Part shown: positions 1-14,251 of the stretch, in pieces
How positions within the stretch are numbered: the stretch's first letter is position 1
How the letters are laid out: each line of letters starts with the position of its first letter
DNA from: the human T2T-CHM13v2.0 reference genome, Homo sapiens
Assembly: GCA_009914755.4 (NCBI GenBank)
Contig: CP086569.2
Coordinates: 28,000,001-28,064,000, forward strand
Direction: 5' to 3'
DNA length: 64,000 bases
Translations under genes and position numbers: made by a program
The notes under the pieces: generated by a model
Told to the model about the DNA's origin: nothing
The model's database searches: none
The model's input: the letters and a program-made list of their open reading frames with translations, nothing else

Positions 1-440
1 CTCGAATATCATGAAACGGAATGGAATGAATTGGAACGGAATGGACTCGAATGGAATGGAATGTCATGGAATGGCATCAAATGGAATGGCATCAAATGGA
101 ATGGAATCGAATGCAATGGAATGCTATGGAATGGAATGGAATGCATTGGAATGGAATGTCCTCTAATGGAATGGATTCGAGTGGAATGGAATCGAATATA
201 ATGGAGTCGAATGAAATGGAATTGAAAGGAATGGGATCGAATACAATGGAATATACTGGAATGTAACGCAATGAACTCGAATGTAATTGACTGGAATTGA
301 ATGTACATGAATGGAATGTAATCGAATGGAAAGTAATCCAATGGAATAGAATCTAATGCAATAAAATCGACTCAGATAGAGTAGAATGTAATGGAATGGA
401 GTGCAGTGCAATGGAATGGAATGGAATGGAATGCAATGGA

Positions 441-520
441 ATGGAATGGAATGGGATGGAATGGTATGGAATGGAATGGAATGGAATGGAATGGGATGGA
501 ATGGTATGGAATGGATAGTA
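441..520 (+). repeat. 40-bp (8-pentamer) tandem duplication that defines the 3574-bp HOR variant. This is the representative copy; the same duplication is present in units 1 and 3-8.
   Basis: The sequence 'atggaatggaatgggatggaatggtatggaatgg...' occurs twice in succession. Units 2 and 9-19 have a single copy, which accounts exactly for the 3574 versus 3534 length difference. Confidence 0.85.
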
Positions 521-721
521 ATGGACTGGAATGAAGTGGACAGGAAAGGAATGGACTCAAATTGAAAGGGCTCGAAAGGAATGGAGTCAAATGGAATGGT
601 CTGGAATGGAATGAACACGAATGTAATGCAATCCAATAGAATGGAATCGAATGGCATGGAATATAAAGAAATGGAATCGAAGAGAATGGAAACAAACGGA
701 ATGGAATTGAATGGAATGGAA

Positions 722-875
722 TTGAATGGAATGGGAACGAATGGAGTAAAATTGTATGCAGTAGAAGAGAATAGAATGGAATGCAAGCGAAAGGAAAGGA
801 ATGGATTGGAATGGAATGGAATTCATTGGAATGGAAGGGAATGTAGTGTAATGGACAGGCCTGGAATAAAGTGGA
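722..875 (+). other. 154-bp segment flanked by sequences matching, from my memory, the widely used DYZ1 Y-specific PCR primers. It is present in every full-length unit.
   Basis: 'ttgaatggaatgggaacgaatgg' lies at 722-744. 'ggacaggcctggaataaagtgga', the reverse complement of TCCACTTTATTCCAGGCCTGTCC, lies at 853-875. The span is 154 bp. The primer sequences are recalled, not looked up. Confidence 0.6.
858..861. other. GGCC (HaeIII) site, one per full-length HOR unit. This is the representative copy.
   Basis: The site lies in the context 'atggacaggcctggaataaag'. By offset arithmetic it falls at 858, 4402, 7961, 11535, 15109, 18683, 22257, 25831, 29364, 32898, 36431, 41809, 45343, 48872, 52406, 55940, 59474 and 63008. 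There is none in truncated unit 12. I saw no other GGCC in the window by eye. Confidence 0.8.
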
Positions 876-3574
876 ATGCTACGGTCTCGAATGGAATAAA
901 AATGTATGGAATGGAATGCAATGAAACGGAATCGAATGTCATAGAATGTAATGGAATGCAAAAAAATGGACTCCGAAATCATTGACTGGAAAGGCTGGGT
1001 GTCGAAAGGAATTGACTCCAATGGAATGGAATCGAATGGAATGGAAGTGAATAGAATCGAACTAAATCGAATGGAATGGAATTGATAGGAACGGAATGGA
1101 AAGGAATGAAATGATTTGGCATGGAATGGAATCGAATGGCATCGAATGGAATGGAATGGAATGCAATGCAATGGAATGTATTAGAATGTAATGAACTTTA
1201 ATGGAATGTACTCGAATGGATTCGACTGGAATGGAATGTTCTGGAAGTGAATGGACTCCAATGGAATGGATTGAAAAGGAATGGAATCGTACGGAATGGA
1301 ATCTAATGGAATGGAATTAAATGGAAATGAATCAAATTGAATAGCACGGAATTGAATTGAATGGAATCGAATGCAATGGAATCTAATGAAACGGAAAGGA
1401 AAGGAATGGAATGGAATGGAATGGGCTGGAATGGAAAGGAATCGAAACGAATGGAATGGAATCGAACTGAAGAGACTGGAATGGAATGCACTGGAATGGA
1501 AGGGAGTGTAATGGAAGGTTCTCGAAAAAAATGGAATCGAATGGAATGGAATTGAATGGAACGGAATAGAGTCGAATGGAATTGAATGGAATGGAATGGA
1601 CTAGAGTGAAATGGAATCGAACCACAAGGAATGGACAGGAATAGAATGGTCTCGAATTGAATGGAATCGTATGGAATGGCATCAAACGGAATGGAATGGA
1701 CAGCCACGGAATGGAATGCACTCGAATGCAATGGAGTCGAAACTAATGGACTGGAATAGAATGGACTCGACTGGTACGGACTCCAATGGAATGGAATCGA
1801 ATGGAAGGGAATCGAACGGAATGGACTCGAAGGGAAAAGACTGCAATGGAAAGGTCTCGAATGGAATGGAAATTAATGGAATGGAATGGAATCGAATGAA
1901 ATGGAGTCAAAAGGAATGGAATCGAATGGCAAGAAATCGAATGTAATGGAATCGCAAGGAATTGATGTGAACGGAACGGAATGGAATGGAATCCAAAGAA
2001 ATGGAATAGAATGGAATGGAATCGAATGGAAAGAACTCGAATGGAAATCACTCGAATAGAATGCAATTTAATAAAATAGGATGAAATGTAATGGAATGGA
2101 ATGGAAAGGAATCGAAACGAAAGGAATGGAGACAGATGGAATGGAATGGAACAGAGAGCAATGGTATAGAATGGAATGGAATCATCTGGAATGGAATTGA
2201 ATGGAATGGAATAATATGAAATGGAATGGAATGGAATGGAATGCCCTTGAATTAAATGGACTGGAATGGAATGGACTCGAACAGAGTGGAATGGAAAGTG
2301 TTGAGATAGAATGGAATGGACTCCTTTGGAATGGTCTAGTATGCAATGCAATGGACTGGCAGGGAATCAAAAGGAATGTAATCGAATGGATTGGACTGGA
2401 ATGCAATGGACTCGAATAGATTGGAAACGGAATGCAAAGGAATGGAATGGAATAGTATGGAATGGAATGGAAAGGAATGGAGTGGAATAGACTAGAGTGG
2501 AATGGAATGGACTCGAAAGCAATGGACTGGAATGGAACTTTCTTGAATGGACTGGAATCAAACGGAATGGAATGCAATGCAATCAAATGGCATGGAATAA
2601 AATAGAATGAAAGAGAATCAAATGGAATTGAATCGAATGGAATCGAATGGATTGGAAAGGAATAGAATGGAATGGAATGGAATTGACTCAAATGGAATGG
2701 ACTAGAATGGAATGGATTCGAATGGAAGGCAAAGGAATGGAATCTATTGGAATGGACTGCAATGGAATGGAATGGAAGGGATTGGAATGGACTCGAATGG
2801 AATAGACTGCAATAGAAAGGATTCGAATGGAATGAAAAAGAATTGAATGGAATAGAACAGAATGGAATCAAATCGAATGAAATGGAATGGAATAGAAAGG
2901 AATGGAATGAAATGGAATGGAAAGGATTCGAATGGAATGCAATCGAATGGAATGGAATCGAACGGAATGGAATAAAATGGAAGCAAACTGGCAAGAAATG
3001 GAATCGAAATGAATGGAGTGTTATGGAACGGACTCCAAAGGAATTGAATGTAATAGAATGGAGTGGAGTGGACTCGAATATAATGGACTGCAATGGAATG
3101 AAATCACATGGAATGGGAACGAATGGAATGGAATGGAAAGGAATGGAATCGAATGGAAAGGAATCGAATGGAAGGGAATGAAATTGAATCAACAGGAATG
3201 GAAGGGAATAGAATAGACGGTAATGGAATGGACTCGAATAGAATGGACACGAATGCTCAAATTGAATGGACTCGAATGGAATGGAAACGAAAGGAATGTC
3301 ATCGAATGGAATTGAATCGATTGGAATAAAATCGCATAGAATAGAGTGGAATCAAATGGAATTGAATCGAAAGGAAAGGAAGCGAATGGACTGAAATGAA
3401 ATGGAATGGAATTGAATGGAAAGTAAAGCAATGGAATAGAATGGAACAAAATTTCACGGAATGGAATCAAACTGAATGGAATCAAATCAATGGAATCTAA
3501 TCAAATGGAATGGAAAGGAATTGAATGGAGTAGATGGGATTGGATGGGATTGGAATGAAATGTACTGGAAAGGA

Positions 3575-6500
3575 CTCGAATTTCATGAAACGGAATGGAA
3601 TGAATTGGAACGGAATGGACTCGAATGGAATGGAATGTCATGGAATGGCATCAAATGGAATGGCATCAAATGGAATGGAATCGAATGCAATGGAATGCTA
3701 TGGAATGGAATGGAATGCATTGGAATGGAATGTCCTCTAATGGAATGGATTCGAGTGGAATGGAATCGAATATAATGGAGTCGAATGAAATGGAATTGAA
3801 AGGAATGGGATCGAATACAATGGAATATACTGGAATGTAATGTAATGAACTCGAATGTAATTGACTGGAATGGAATGTACATGAATGGAATGTAATCGAA
3901 TGGAAAGTAATCCAATGGAATAGAATTTAATGCAATAAAATCGACTCAGATAGAGTAGAATGTAATGGAATGGAGTGCAGTGCAATGGAATGGAATGGAA
4001 TGGAATGGAATGGAATGGAATGGAATGGAATGGAATGGGATGGAATGGTATGGAATGGATAGTAATGGACTGGAGTGAAATGGACTGGAAAGGAATAGAC
4101 TCAAATTGAAAGGGCTCGAAAGGAATGGAGTCAAATGGAATGGTCTGGAATGGAATGAACACGAATGTAATGCAATCCAATAGAATGGAATCGAATGGCA
4201 TGGAATATAAAGAAATGGAATCGAAGAGAATGGAAACAAACGGAATGGAATTGAATGGAATGGAATTGAATGGAATGGGAACGAATGGAGTGAAATTGTA
4301 TGCAGTAGAAGAGAATAGAATGCAATGCAAGCGAAAGGAAAGGAATGGATTGGAATGGAATGGAATTCATTGGAATGGAAGGGAATGTAGTGTAATGGAC
4401 AGGCCTGGAATAAAGTGGAATGCTACGGTCTCGAATGGAATAAAAATGTATGGAATGGAATGCAATGAAACGGAATCGAATGTCATAGAATGTAATGGAA
4501 TGCAAAAAAATGGACTCCAAAATCATTGACTGGAAAGGCTGGGTGTCGAAAGGAATTGACTCCAATGGAATGGAATCGAATGGAATGGAAGTGAATAGAA
4601 TCGAACTAAATCGAATGGAATGGAATTGATAGGAACGGAATGGAAAGGAATGAAATGATTTGGCATGGAATGGAATCGAATGGCATCGAATGGAATGGAA
4701 TGGAATGCAATGCAATGGAATGTATTAGAATGTAATGAACTTTAATGGAATGTACTCGAATGGATTCGACTGGAATGGAATGTTCTGGAAGTGAATGGAC
4801 TCCAATGGAATGGATTGAAAAGGAATGGAATCGTACGGAATGGAATCTAATGGAATGGAATTAAATGGAAATGAATCAAATTGAACAGCACGGAATTGAA
4901 TTGAATGGAATCGAATGCAATGGAATCTAATGAAACGGAAAGTAAAGGAATGGAATGGAATGGAATGGGCTGGAATGGAAAGGAATCGAAAGGAATGGAA
5001 TGGAATCGAACTGAGGAGACTGGAATGGAATGCACTTCAACGGAAGGGAGTGTAATGGAAGGTTCTCGAAAAAAATGGAAACGAATGCAATGGAATTGAA
5101 TGGAACGGTATAGAGTCGAATGGAATTGAATGGAATGGAATGGACTAGAGTGAAATGGAATCGAACCACAAGGAATGGACAGGAATAGAATGGTCTCGAA
5201 TTGAATGGAATCGTATGGAATGGCATCAAACGGAATGGAATGGACAGCCACGGAATGGAATGCACTCGAATGCAATGGAGTCGAAACTAATGGACTGGAA
5301 TAGAATGGACTCGACTGGTATGGACTCCAATGGAATGGAATCGAATGGAAGGGAATCGAACGGAATGGACTCGAAGGGAAAAGACTGCAATGGAAAGGTC
5401 TCGAATGGAATGGAAATTAATGGAATGGAATGGAATCGAATGAAATGGAGTCAAAAGGAATGGAATTGAATGGCAAGAAATCGAATGTAATGGAATCACA
5501 AGGAATTGATGTGAACGGAATGGAATGGAATGGAATCCAAAGGAATGGAATAGAATGGAATGGAATCGAATGGAAAGGACTCGAATGGAAATCACTCGAA
5601 TAGAATGCAATTTAATAAAATAGGATGAAATGTAATGGAATGGAATGGAAAGGAATCGAAACGAAAGGAATGGAGACAGATGGAATGGAATGGAACAGAG
5701 AGCAATGGTATAGAATGGAATGGAATCATCTGGAATGGAATTGAATGGAATGGAATAATATGAAATGGAATGGAATGGAATGGAATGCCCTTGAATTAAA
5801 TGGACTGGAATGGAATGGACTCGAACAGAGTGGAATGGAAAGTGTTGAGATAGAATGGAATGGACTCCTTTGGAATGGTCTAGTATGCAATGCAATGGAC
5901 TGGCAGGGAATCAAAAGGAATGTAATCGAATGGATTGGACTGGAATGCAATGGACTCGAATAGATTGGAAACGGAATGCAAAGGAATGGAATGGAATAGT
6001 ATGGAATGGAATGGAAAGGAATGGAGTGGAATAGACTAGAGTGGAATGGAATGGACTGGAAAGCAATGGACTGGAATGGAACTTTCTTGAATGGACTGGA
6101 ATCAAACGGAATGGAATGCAATGCAATCAAATGGCATGGAATAAAATAGAATGAAAGAGAATCAAATGGAATTGAATCGAATGGAATCGAATGGATTGGA
6201 AAGGAATAGAATGGAATGGAATGGAATTGACTCAAATGGAATGGACTAGAATGGAATGGATTCGAATGGAAGGCAAAGGAATGGAATCTATCGGAATGGA
6301 CAGCAATGGAATGGAAAGGAAGGGATTGGAATGGACTCGAATGGAATGGACTGCAATAGAAAGGATTCGAATGGAATGAAAAAGAATTGAATGGAATAGA
6401 ACAGAATGGAATCAAATCGAATGAAATGGAATGGAATAGAAAGGAATGGAATGAAATGGAATGGAAAGGATTCGAATGGAATGGAATCGAACGGAATGGA

Positions 6501-7103
6501 ATAAAATGGAAGCAAACTGGCAAGAAATGGAATCGAAATGAATGGAGTGTTATGGAACGGACTCAAAAGGAATTGAATGTAATAGAATGGAGTGGAGTGG
6601 ACTCGAATATAATGGACTGGAATGGAATGAAATCACATGGAATGGGAACGAATGGAATTGAATGGAAAGGAATGGAATCGAATGGAAAGGAATCGAATGG
6701 AAGGGAATGAAATTGAATCAACAGGAATGGAAGGGAATAGAATAGACGGTAATGGAATGGACTCGAATAGAATGGACACGAATGCTCAAATTGAATGGAC
6801 TCGAATGGAATGGAAACGAAAGGAATGTCATCGAATGGAATTGAATCGATTGGAATGAAATGGCATAGAATGGAGTGGAATCAAATGGAATTGAATCGAA
6901 AGGAAAGGAAGCGAATGGACTGAAATGAAATGGAATGGAATTGAATGGAAAGTAAAGCAATGGAATAGAATGGAACGAAATTTCACGGAATGGTATCAAA
7001 CTGAATGGAATCAAATCAATGGAATATAATCAAATGGAATGGAAAGGAATTGAATGGAGTAGATGGGATTGGATGGGATTGGAATGAAATGTACTGGAAA
7101 GGA
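3575..7103 (+). repeat. HOR unit 2, 3529 bp, an outlier short variant inside the 3574-bp block.
   Basis: It lacks the 40-bp duplication. It has a longer pure (ggaat)n run at about 3975-4030. It lacks 15 bp, 'aatgcaatcgaatgg', at about 6478 when compared with about 2935-2950 in unit 1. Confidence 0.9.
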
Positions 7104-10100
7104 CTCGAATTTCATGAAACGGAATGGAATGAATTGGAACGGAATGGACTCGAATGGAATGGAATGTCATGGAATGGCATCAAATGGAATGGCATCAAAT
7201 GGAATGGAATCGAATGCAATGGAATGCTATGGAATGGAATGGAATGCATTGGAATGGAATGTCCTCTAATGGAATGGATTCGAGTGGAATGGAATCGAAT
7301 ATAATGGAGTCGAATGAAATGGAATTGAAAGGAATGGGATCGAATACAATGGAATATACTGGAATGTAACGTAATGAACTCGAATGTAATTGACTGGAAT
7401 GGAATGTACATGAATGGAATGTAATCAAATGGAAAGTAATCCAATGGAATAGAATCTAATGCAATAAAATCGACTCAGATAGAGTAGAATGTAATGGAAT
7501 GGAGTGCAGTGCAATGGAATGGAATGGAATGGAATGCAATGGAATGGAATGGAATGGGATGGAATGGTATGGAATGGAATGGAATGGAATGGAATGGGAT
7601 GGAATGGTATGGAATGGATAGTAATGGATTGGAATGAAGTGGACAGGAAAGGAATGGACTCAAATTGAAAGGGCTCGAAAGGAATGGAGTCAAATGGAAT
7701 GGTCTGGAATGGAATGAACACGAATGTAATGCAATCCAATAGAATGGAATCGAATGGCATGGAATATAAAGAAATGGAATCGAAGAGAATGGAAACAAAC
7801 GGAATGGAATTGAATGGAATGGAATTGAATGGAATGGGAACGAATGGAGTGAAATTGTATGCAGTAGAAGAGAATAGAATGGAATGCAAGCGAAAGGAAA
7901 GGAATGGATTGGAATGGAATGGAATTCATTGGAATGGAAGGGAATGTAGTGTAATGGACAGGCCTGGAATAAAGTGGAATGCTACGGTCTCGAATGGAAT
8001 AAAAATGTATGGAATGGAATGCAATGAAACGGAATCGAATGTCATAGAATGTAATGGAATGCAAAAAAATGGACTCCGAAATCATTGACTGGAAAGGCTG
8101 GGTGTCGAAAGGAATTGACTCCAATGGAATGGAATCGAATGGAATGGAAGTGAATAGAATCGAACTAAATCGAATGGAATGGAATTGATAGGAACGGAAT
8201 GGAAAGGAATGAAATGATTTGGCATGGAATGGAATCGAATGGCATCGAATGGAATGGAATGGAATGCAATGCAATGGAATGTATTAGAATGTAATGAACT
8301 TTAATGGAATGTACTCGAATGGATTCGACTGGAATGGAATGTTCTGGAAGTGAATGGACTCCAATGGAATGGATTGAAAAGGAATGGAATCGTACGGAAT
8401 GGAATCTAATGGAATGGAATTAAATGGAAATGAATGAAATTGAATAGCACGGAATTGAATTGAATGGAATCGAATGCAATGGAATCTAATGAAACGGAAA
8501 GAAAAGGAATGGAATGGAATGGAATGGGCTGGAATGGAAAGGAATCGAAACGAATGGAATGGAATCGAACTGAGGAGACTGGAATGGAATGCACTTCAAC
8601 GGAAGGGAGTGTAATGGAAGGTTCTCGAAAAAAATGGAAACGAATGGAATGGAATTGAATGGAACGGAATAGAGTCGAATGGAATTGAATGGAATGGAAT
8701 GGACTAGAGTGAAATGGAATCGAACCACAAGGAATGGACAGGAATAGAATGGTCTCGAATTGAATGGAATCGTATGGAATGGCATCAAACGGAATGGAAT
8801 GGACAGCCACGGAATGGAATGCACTCGAATGCAATGGAGTCGAAACTAATGGACTGGAATAGAATGGACTCGACTGGTACGGACTCCAATGGAATGGAAT
8901 CGAATGGAAGGGAATCGAACGCAATGGACTCGAAGGGAAAAGACTGCAATGGAAAGGTCTCGAATGGAATGGAAATTAATGGAATGGAATGGAATCGAAT
9001 GAAATGGAGTCAAAAGGAATGGAATTGAATGGCAAGAAATCGAATGTAATGGAATCACAAGGAATTGATGTGAACGGAACGGAATGGAATGGAATCCAAA
9101 GGAATGGAATAGAATGGAATGGAATCGAATGGAAAGGACTCGAATGGAAATCACTCGAATAGAATGCAATTTAATAAAATAGGATGAAATGTAATGGAAT
9201 GGAATGGAAAGGAATCGAAACGAAAGGAATGGAGACAGATGGAATGGAATGGAACAGAGAGCAATGGTATAGAATGGAATGGAATCATCTGGAATGGAAT
9301 TGAATGGAATGGAATAATATGAAATGGAATGGAATGGAATGGAATGCCCTTGAATTAAATGGACTGGAATGGAATGGACTCGAACAGAGTGGAATGGAAA
9401 GTGTTGAGATAGAATGGAATGGACTCCTTTGGAATGGTCTAGTATGCAATGCAATGGACTGGCAGGGAATCAAAAGGAATGTAATCGAATGGATTGGACT
9501 GGAATGCAATGGACTCGAATAGATTGGAAACGGAATGCAAAGGAATGGAATGGAATAGTATGGAATGGAATGGAAAGGAATGGAGTGGAATAGACTAGAG
9601 TGGAATGGAATGGACTCGAAAGCAATGGACTGGAATGGAACTTTCTTGAATGGACTGGAATCAAACGGAATGGAATGCAATGCAATCAAATGGCATGGAA
9701 TAAAATAGAATGAAAGAGAATCAAATGGAATTGAATCGAATGGAATCGAATGGATTGGAAAGGAATAGAATGGAATGGAATGGAATTGACTCAAATGGAA
9801 TGGACTAGAATGGAATGGATTCGAATGGAAGGCAAAGGAATGGAATCTATTGGAATGGACAGCAATGGAATGGAAAGGAAGGGATTGGAATGGACTCGAA
9901 TGGAATGGACTGCAATAGAAACGATTCGAATGGAATGAAAAAGAATTGAATGGAATAGAACAGAATGGAATCAAATCGAATGAAATGGAATGGAATAGAA
10001 AGGAATGGAATGAAATGGAATGGAAAGGATTCGAATGGAATGCAATCGAATGGAATGGAATCGAACGGAATGGAATAAAATGGAAGAAAACTGGCAAGAA

Positions 10101-10677
10101 ATGGAATCGAAATGAATGGAGTGTTATGGAACGGACTCCAAAGGAATTGAATGTAATAGAATGGAGTGGAGTGGACTCGAATATAATGGACTGGAATGGA
10201 ATGAAATCACATGGAATGGGAACGAATGGAATGGAATGGAAAGGAATGGAATCGAATGGAAAGGAATCGAATGGAAGGGAATGAAATTGAATCAACAGGA
10301 ATGGAAGGGAATAGAATAGACGGTAATGGAATGGACTCGAATAGAATGGACACGAATGCTCAAATTGAATGGACTCGAATGGAATGGAAACGAAAGGAAT
10401 GTCATCGAATGGAATTGAATCGATTGGAATGAAATGGCATAGAATGGAGTGGAATCAAATGGAATTGAATCGAAAGGAAAGGAAGCGAATGGACTGAAAT
10501 GAAATGGAATGGAATTGAATGGAAAGGAAAGCAATGGAATAGAATGGAACGAAATTTCACGGAATGGAATCAAACTGAATGGAATCAAATCAATGGAATA
10601 TAATCAAATGGAATGGAAAGGAATTGAATGGAGTAGATGGGATTGGATGGGATTGGAATGAAATGTACTGGAAAGGA
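7104..10677 (+). repeat. HOR unit 3, 3574 bp (long variant).
   Basis: Landmark spacing is 3574 bp. The 40-bp duplication lies at about 7545-7625. Confidence 0.9.
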
Positions 10678-13600
10678 CTCGAATTTCATGAAACGGAATG
10701 GAATGAATTGGAACGGAATGGACTCGAATGGAATGGAATGTCATGGAATGGCATCAAATGGAATGGCATCAAATGGAATGGAATCGAATGCAATGGAATG
10801 CTATGGAATGGAATGGAATGCATTGGAATGGAATGTCCTCTAATGGAATGGATTCGAGTGGAATGGAATCGAATATAATGGAGTCGAATGAAATGGAATT
10901 GAAAGGAATGGGATCGAATACAATGGAATATACTGGAATGTAATGTAATGAAGTCGAATGTAATTGACTGGAATGGAATGTACATGAATGGAATGTAATC
11001 AAATGGAAAGTAATCCAATGGAATAGAATCTAATGCAATAAAATCGACTCAGATAGAGTAGAATGTAATGGAATGGAGTGCAGTGCAATGGAATGGAATG
11101 GAATGGAATGCAATGGAATGGAATGGAATGGGATGGAATGGTATGGAATGGAATGGAATGGAATGGAATGGGATGGAATGGTATGGAATGGATAGTAATG
11201 GATTGGAATGAAGTGGACAGGAAAGGAATGGACTCAAATTGAAAGGGCTCGAAAGGAATGGAGTCAAATGGAATGGTCTGGAATGGAATGAACACGAATG
11301 TAATGCAATCCAATAGAATGGAATCGAATGGCATGGAATATAAAGAAATGGAATCGAAGAGAATGGAAACAAACGGAATGGAATTGATTGGAATGGAATT
11401 GAATGGAATGGGAACGAATGGAGTGAAATTGTATGCAGTAGAAGAGAATAGAATGGAATGCAAGCGAAAGGAAAGGAATGGATTGGAATGGAATGGAATT
11501 CATTGGAATGGAAGGGAATGTAGTGTAATGGACAGGCCTGGAATAAAGTGGAATGCTACGGTCTCGAATGGAATAAAAATGTATGGAATGGAATGCAATG
11601 AAACGGAATCGAATGTCATAGAATGTAATGGAATGCAAAAAAATGGACTCCGAAATCATTGACTGGAAAGGCTGGGTGTCGAAAGGAATTGACTCCAATG
11701 GAATGGAATCGAATGGAATGGAAGTGAATAGAATCGAACTAAATCGAATGGAATGGAATTGATAGGAACTGAATGGAAAGGAATGAAATGATTTGGCATG
11801 GAATGGAATCGAATGGCATCGAATGGAATGGAATGGAATGCAATGCAATGGAATGTATTAGAATGTAATGAACTTTAATGGAATGTACTCGAATGGATTC
11901 GACTGGAATGGAATGTTCTGGAAGTGAATGGACTCCAATGGAATGGATTGAAAAGGAATGGAATCGTACGGAATGGAATCTAATGGAATGGAATTAAATG
12001 GAAATGAATGAAATTGAATAGCACGGAATTGAATTGAATGGAATCGAATGCAATGGAATCTAATGAAACGGAAAGAAAAGGAATGGAATGGAATGGAATG
12101 GGCTGGAATGGAAAGGAATCGAAACGAATGGAATGGAATCGAACTGAGGAGACTGGAATGGAATGCACTTCAACGGAAGGGAGTGTAATGGAAGGTTCTC
12201 GAAAAAAATGGAAACGAATGGAATGGAATTGAATGGAACGGAATAGAGTCGAATGGAATTGAATGGAATGGAATAGACTAGAGTGAAATGGAATCGAACC
12301 ACAAGGAATGGACAGGAATAGAATGGTCTCGAATTGAATGGAATCGTATGGAATGGCATCAAACGGAATGGAATGGACAGCCACGGAATGGAATGCACTC
12401 GAATGCAATGGAGTCGAAACTAATGGACTGGAATAGAATGGACTCGACTGGTACGGACTCCAATGGAATGGAATCGAATGGAAGGGAATCGAACGCAATG
12501 GACTCGAAGGGAAAAGACTGCAATGGAAAGGTCTCGAATGGAATGGAAATTAATGGAATGGAATGGAATCGAATGAAATGGAGTCAAAAGGAATGGAATT
12601 GAATGGCAAGAAATCGAATGTAATGGAATCACAAGGAATTGATGTGAACGGAACGGAATGGAATGGAATCCAAAGGAATGGAATAGAATGGAATGGAATC
12701 GAATGGAAAGGACTCGAATGGAAATCACTCGAATAGAATGCAATTTAATAAAATAGGATGAAATGTAATGGAATGGAATGGAAAGGAATCGAAACGAAAG
12801 GAATGGAGACAGATGGAATGGAATGGAACAGAGAGCAATGGTATAGAATGGAATGGAATCATCTGGAATGGAATTGAATGGAATGGAATAATATGAAATG
12901 GAATGGAATGGAATGGAATGCCCTTGAATTAAATGGACTGGAATGGAATGGACTCGAACAGAGTGGAATGGAAAGTGTTGAGATAGAATGGAATGGACTC
13001 CTTTGGAATGGTCTAGTATGCAATGCAATGGACTGGCAGGGAATCAAAAGGAATGTAATCGAATGGATTGGACTGGAATGCAATGGACTCGAATAGATTG
13101 GAAACGGAATGCAAAGGAATGGAATGGAATAGTATGGAATGGAATGGAAAGGAATGGAGTGGAATAGACTAGAGTGGAATGGAATGGACTCGAAAGCAAT
13201 GGACTGGAATGGAACTTTCTTGAATGGACTGGAATCAAACGGAATGGAATGCAATGCAATCAAATGGCATGGAATAAAATAGAATGAAAGAGAATCAAAT
13301 GGAATTGAATCGAATGGAATCGAATGGATTGGAAAGGAATAGAATGGAATGGAATGGAATTGACTCAAATGGAATGGACTAGAATGGAATGGATTCGAAT
13401 GGAAGGCAAAGGAATGGAATCTATTGGAATGGACAGCAATGGAATGGAAAGGAAGGGATTGGAATGGACTCGAATGGAATGGACTGCAATAGAAAGGATT
13501 CGAATGGAATGAAAAAGAATTGAATGGAATAGAACAGAATGGAATCAAATCGAATGAAATGGAATGGAATAGAAAGGAATGGAATGAAATGGAATGGAAA

Positions 13601-14251
13601 GGATTCGAATGGAATGCAATCGAATGGAATGGAATCAAACGGAATGGAATAAAATGGAAGCAAACTGGCAAGAAATGGAATCGAAATGAATGGAGTGTTA
13701 TGGAACGGACTCAAAAGGAATTGAATGTAATAGAATGGAGTGGAGTGGACTCGAATATAATGGACTGGAATGGAATGAAATCACATGGAATGGGAACGAA
13801 TGGAATGGAATGGAAAGGAATGGAATCGAATGGAAAGGAATCGAATGGAAGGGAATGAAATTGAATCAACAGGAATGGAAGGGAATAGAATAGACGGTAA
13901 AGGAATGGACTCGAATAGAATGGACACGAATGCTCAAATTGAATGGACTCGAATGGAATGGAAACGAAAGGAATGTCATCGAATGGAATTGAATCGATTG
14001 GAATGAAATCGCATAGAATGGAGTGGAATCAAATGGAATTGAATCGAAAGGAAAGGAAGCGAATGGACTGAAATGAAATGGAATGGAATTGAATGGAAAG
14101 TAAAGCAATGGAATAGAATGGAACGAAATTTCACGGAATGGTATCAAACTGAATGGAATCAAATCAATGGAATATAATCAAATGGAATGGAAAGGAATTG
14201 AATGGAGTAGATGGGATTGGATGGGATTGGAATGAAATGTACTGGAAAGGA
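10678..14251 (+). repeat. HOR unit 4, 3574 bp (long variant).
   Basis: Landmark spacing is 3574 bp. It is near-identical to units 3 and 5. Confidence 0.9.

Larger units (their letters stand above)
1..3574 (+). repeat. HOR unit 1, 3574 bp (long variant with the 40-bp tandem duplication). The phase is arbitrary and the window begins at the landmark.
   Basis: Landmark-to-landmark spacing is 3574 bp. The duplicated 'ggaatgggatggaatggtatggaatgg' block lies at about 441-520. Confidence 0.9.
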
